16,516 bases of DNA from the IMG/VR virus record IMGVR_UViG_3300010261_000025, positions 1 to 16,516 of that record; one strand, given 5' to 3'. The position numbers and the translations under genes were made by a program. Below the pieces are notes generated by a model. That model searched no databases and was not told where the DNA came from. It saw nothing but the letters and a program-made list of their open reading frames with translations. Shown here one piece after another: positions 15,458 to 16,516 of the stretch; the first letter of the stretch is position 1, and each line of letters opens with the position of its first letter. Origin of the DNA: a virus. Its lineage: Duplodnaviria; Heunggongvirae; Uroviricota; Caudoviricetes.

Positions 15458-16516
15458 GCACAAAATTTTATACCCTGCTGACGGATATTGGCGCGGCGAA
15501 ACTTGCCAGCGCCGCCGCGCTCGGTGTGCCGTTAAAAATTACCCATATGGCGGTGGGCGATGGCGGCGGAGCATTGCCGACGCCGGACGCAAAGCAGACA
15601 GCACTGGTAAATGAGAAACTCCGGGCTGCGCTGAATATGCTCTATATCGACCCGCAGAACAGCAGCCAGATTATTGCTGAACAGGTGATCCCTGAAAATG
15701 AGGGTGGTTGGTGGATACGTGAAGTGGGTCTGTTTGATGAGTCCGGGGCATTGATTGCCGTAGGCAACTGCCCGGAAAGCTATAAGCCGCAACTGGCTGA
15801 AGGCAGCGGGCGCACCCAGACCGTGCGCATGGTGCTGATTACCAGCAGCACGGACAATATCACCCTGAAAATCGACCCTGCCGTCGTGCTGGCAACCCGC
15901 AAGTATGTGGATGACAAGGTACTGGAGCTGAAGGTGTTCGTGGATGATAAGATGGCAAAACATCTTGCCGCACCGGACCCGCATTCACAGTATGCACCCA
16001 AAGAAAGCCCGACATTGACCGGAACACCCAAAGCGCCAACGCCAGCGGAGGGGAATAACACCACGCAGATTGCGACCACCGCGTTTGTTCAGGCGGCACT
16101 GATGGCCCTTATTAATGGTGCGCCAGCCACACTGGATACGCTGAAAGAAATTGCCGCTGCCATTAATAATGACCCGAAATTCAGTACCACCATTAACAAT
16201 GCGCTGGCACTGAAAGCGCCGCTGTTAAGTCCGGCACTCACCGGAACGCCAACAGCCCCCACTGCCGCACAGTCAGTTAACAATACACAGATTGCCACCA
16301 CGGCTTTTGTGAAATCGGCAATTGCGGCAATGGTGGGGTCTGCACCTGCTGCACTGGATACACTGAACGAACTGGCTGCGGCGCTGGGGAATGACCCGAA
16401 CTTTGCCACGACAATGCTTAATGCGCTGGCAGGTAAACAACCGCTGGACAATACGCTGACTAATTTGAGTGGAAAGGATGTAGCTGGTCTTCTCGCATAC
16501 CTTGGTTTGGGAGAAG
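15454..16516 (+). CDS. H: Tail fibre protein GpH, N-terminal part; 3' end lies outside the window
   Basis: ATG at 15454 overlaps the I stop (ATGA). The frame stays open to the window edge, which is why it is absent from the stop-bounded ORF track. The conserved N-terminus (MSTKFYTLLTDIGAAKLA) is followed by fibre-type repeats. Confidence 0.85.
   Translation, partial: MSTKFYTLLTDIGAAKLASAAALGVPLKITHMAVGDGGGALPTPDAKQTALVNEKLRAALNMLYIDPQNSSQIIAEQVIPENEGGWWIREVGLFDESGALIAVGNCPESYKPQLAEGSGRTQTVRMVLITSSTDNITLKIDPAVVLATRKYVDDKVLELKVFVDDKMAKHLAAPDPHSQYAPKESPTLTGTPKAPTPAEGNNTTQIATTAFVQAALMALINGAPATLDTLKEIAAAINNDPKFSTTINNALALKAPLLSPALTGTPTAPTAAQSVNNTQIATTAFVKSAIAAMVGSAPAALDTLNELAAALGNDPNFATTMLNALAGKQPLDNTLTNLSGKDVAGLLAYLGLGE
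16020..16445 (+). repeat. Two in-frame ~210-bp tandem repeat units inside the tail-fibre gene (phage tail-fibre repeat)
   Basis: Unit 1 PTLTGTPKAPTPAEGNNTTQIATTAFVQAALMALINGAPATLDTLKEIAAAINNDPKFSTTINNALALKAP versus unit 2 PALTGTPTAPTAAQSVNNTQIATTAFVKSAIAAMVGSAPAALDTLNELAAALGNDPNFATTMLNALAGKQP. Confidence 0.7.

Noticed and set aside
16020-16445. Possible CRISPR-like repeat array
   Set aside because: The repeats are ~210-bp, diverged and in-frame within a coding region (tail fibre), not short identical direct repeats separated by unique spacers.
15532-16451. Minus-strand ORFs of 150, 99, 79 and 120 aa across the tail-fibre region
   Set aside because: Antisense to the open H reading frame; their Ala/Ser-rich low-complexity translations mirror the fibre repeats.

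Overview
This window is a near-contiguous stretch of a P2/186-like (Peduovirus-type) prophage from an enterobacterium, read from the 3' part of replication gene A through the packaging, capsid, lysis and baseplate genes into the start of tail-fibre gene H. The backbone order matches P2: A | variable region | Q(-) P(-) | O N M L X | holin, endolysin, LysB/LysC-like spanins | R S | moron(-) | V W J I H. All calls rest on reading the translated ORFs and motifs by eye; no database search was run. Three visibly AT-rich cargo islets interrupt the GC-richer backbone. (1) Directly after gene A sits a LexA-box-controlled small ORF plus a DinI-family gene, followed by a translationally coupled operon of a 66-aa soluble protein and a 260-aa protein with three N-terminal transmembrane helices. 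(2) Between a cos-like GC-rich motif and the portal gene lies a coupled pair of small genes, the first DUF2158/YodC-like. (3) Between S and V, on the opposite strand, is a 220-aa two-transmembrane protein at the position of the P2 orf30 moron. I could not assign a function to any of these cargo proteins; the operon at 2194-3179 and the S-V moron are the best candidates for an undescribed phage-encoded defence or exclusion function. Two TGT-N12-ACA dyads matching the P2 Ogr-type late-promoter activator site lie upstream of O and V. The lysis cassette looks like a pinholin plus SAR-endolysin rather than the canonical P2 Y/K pair.
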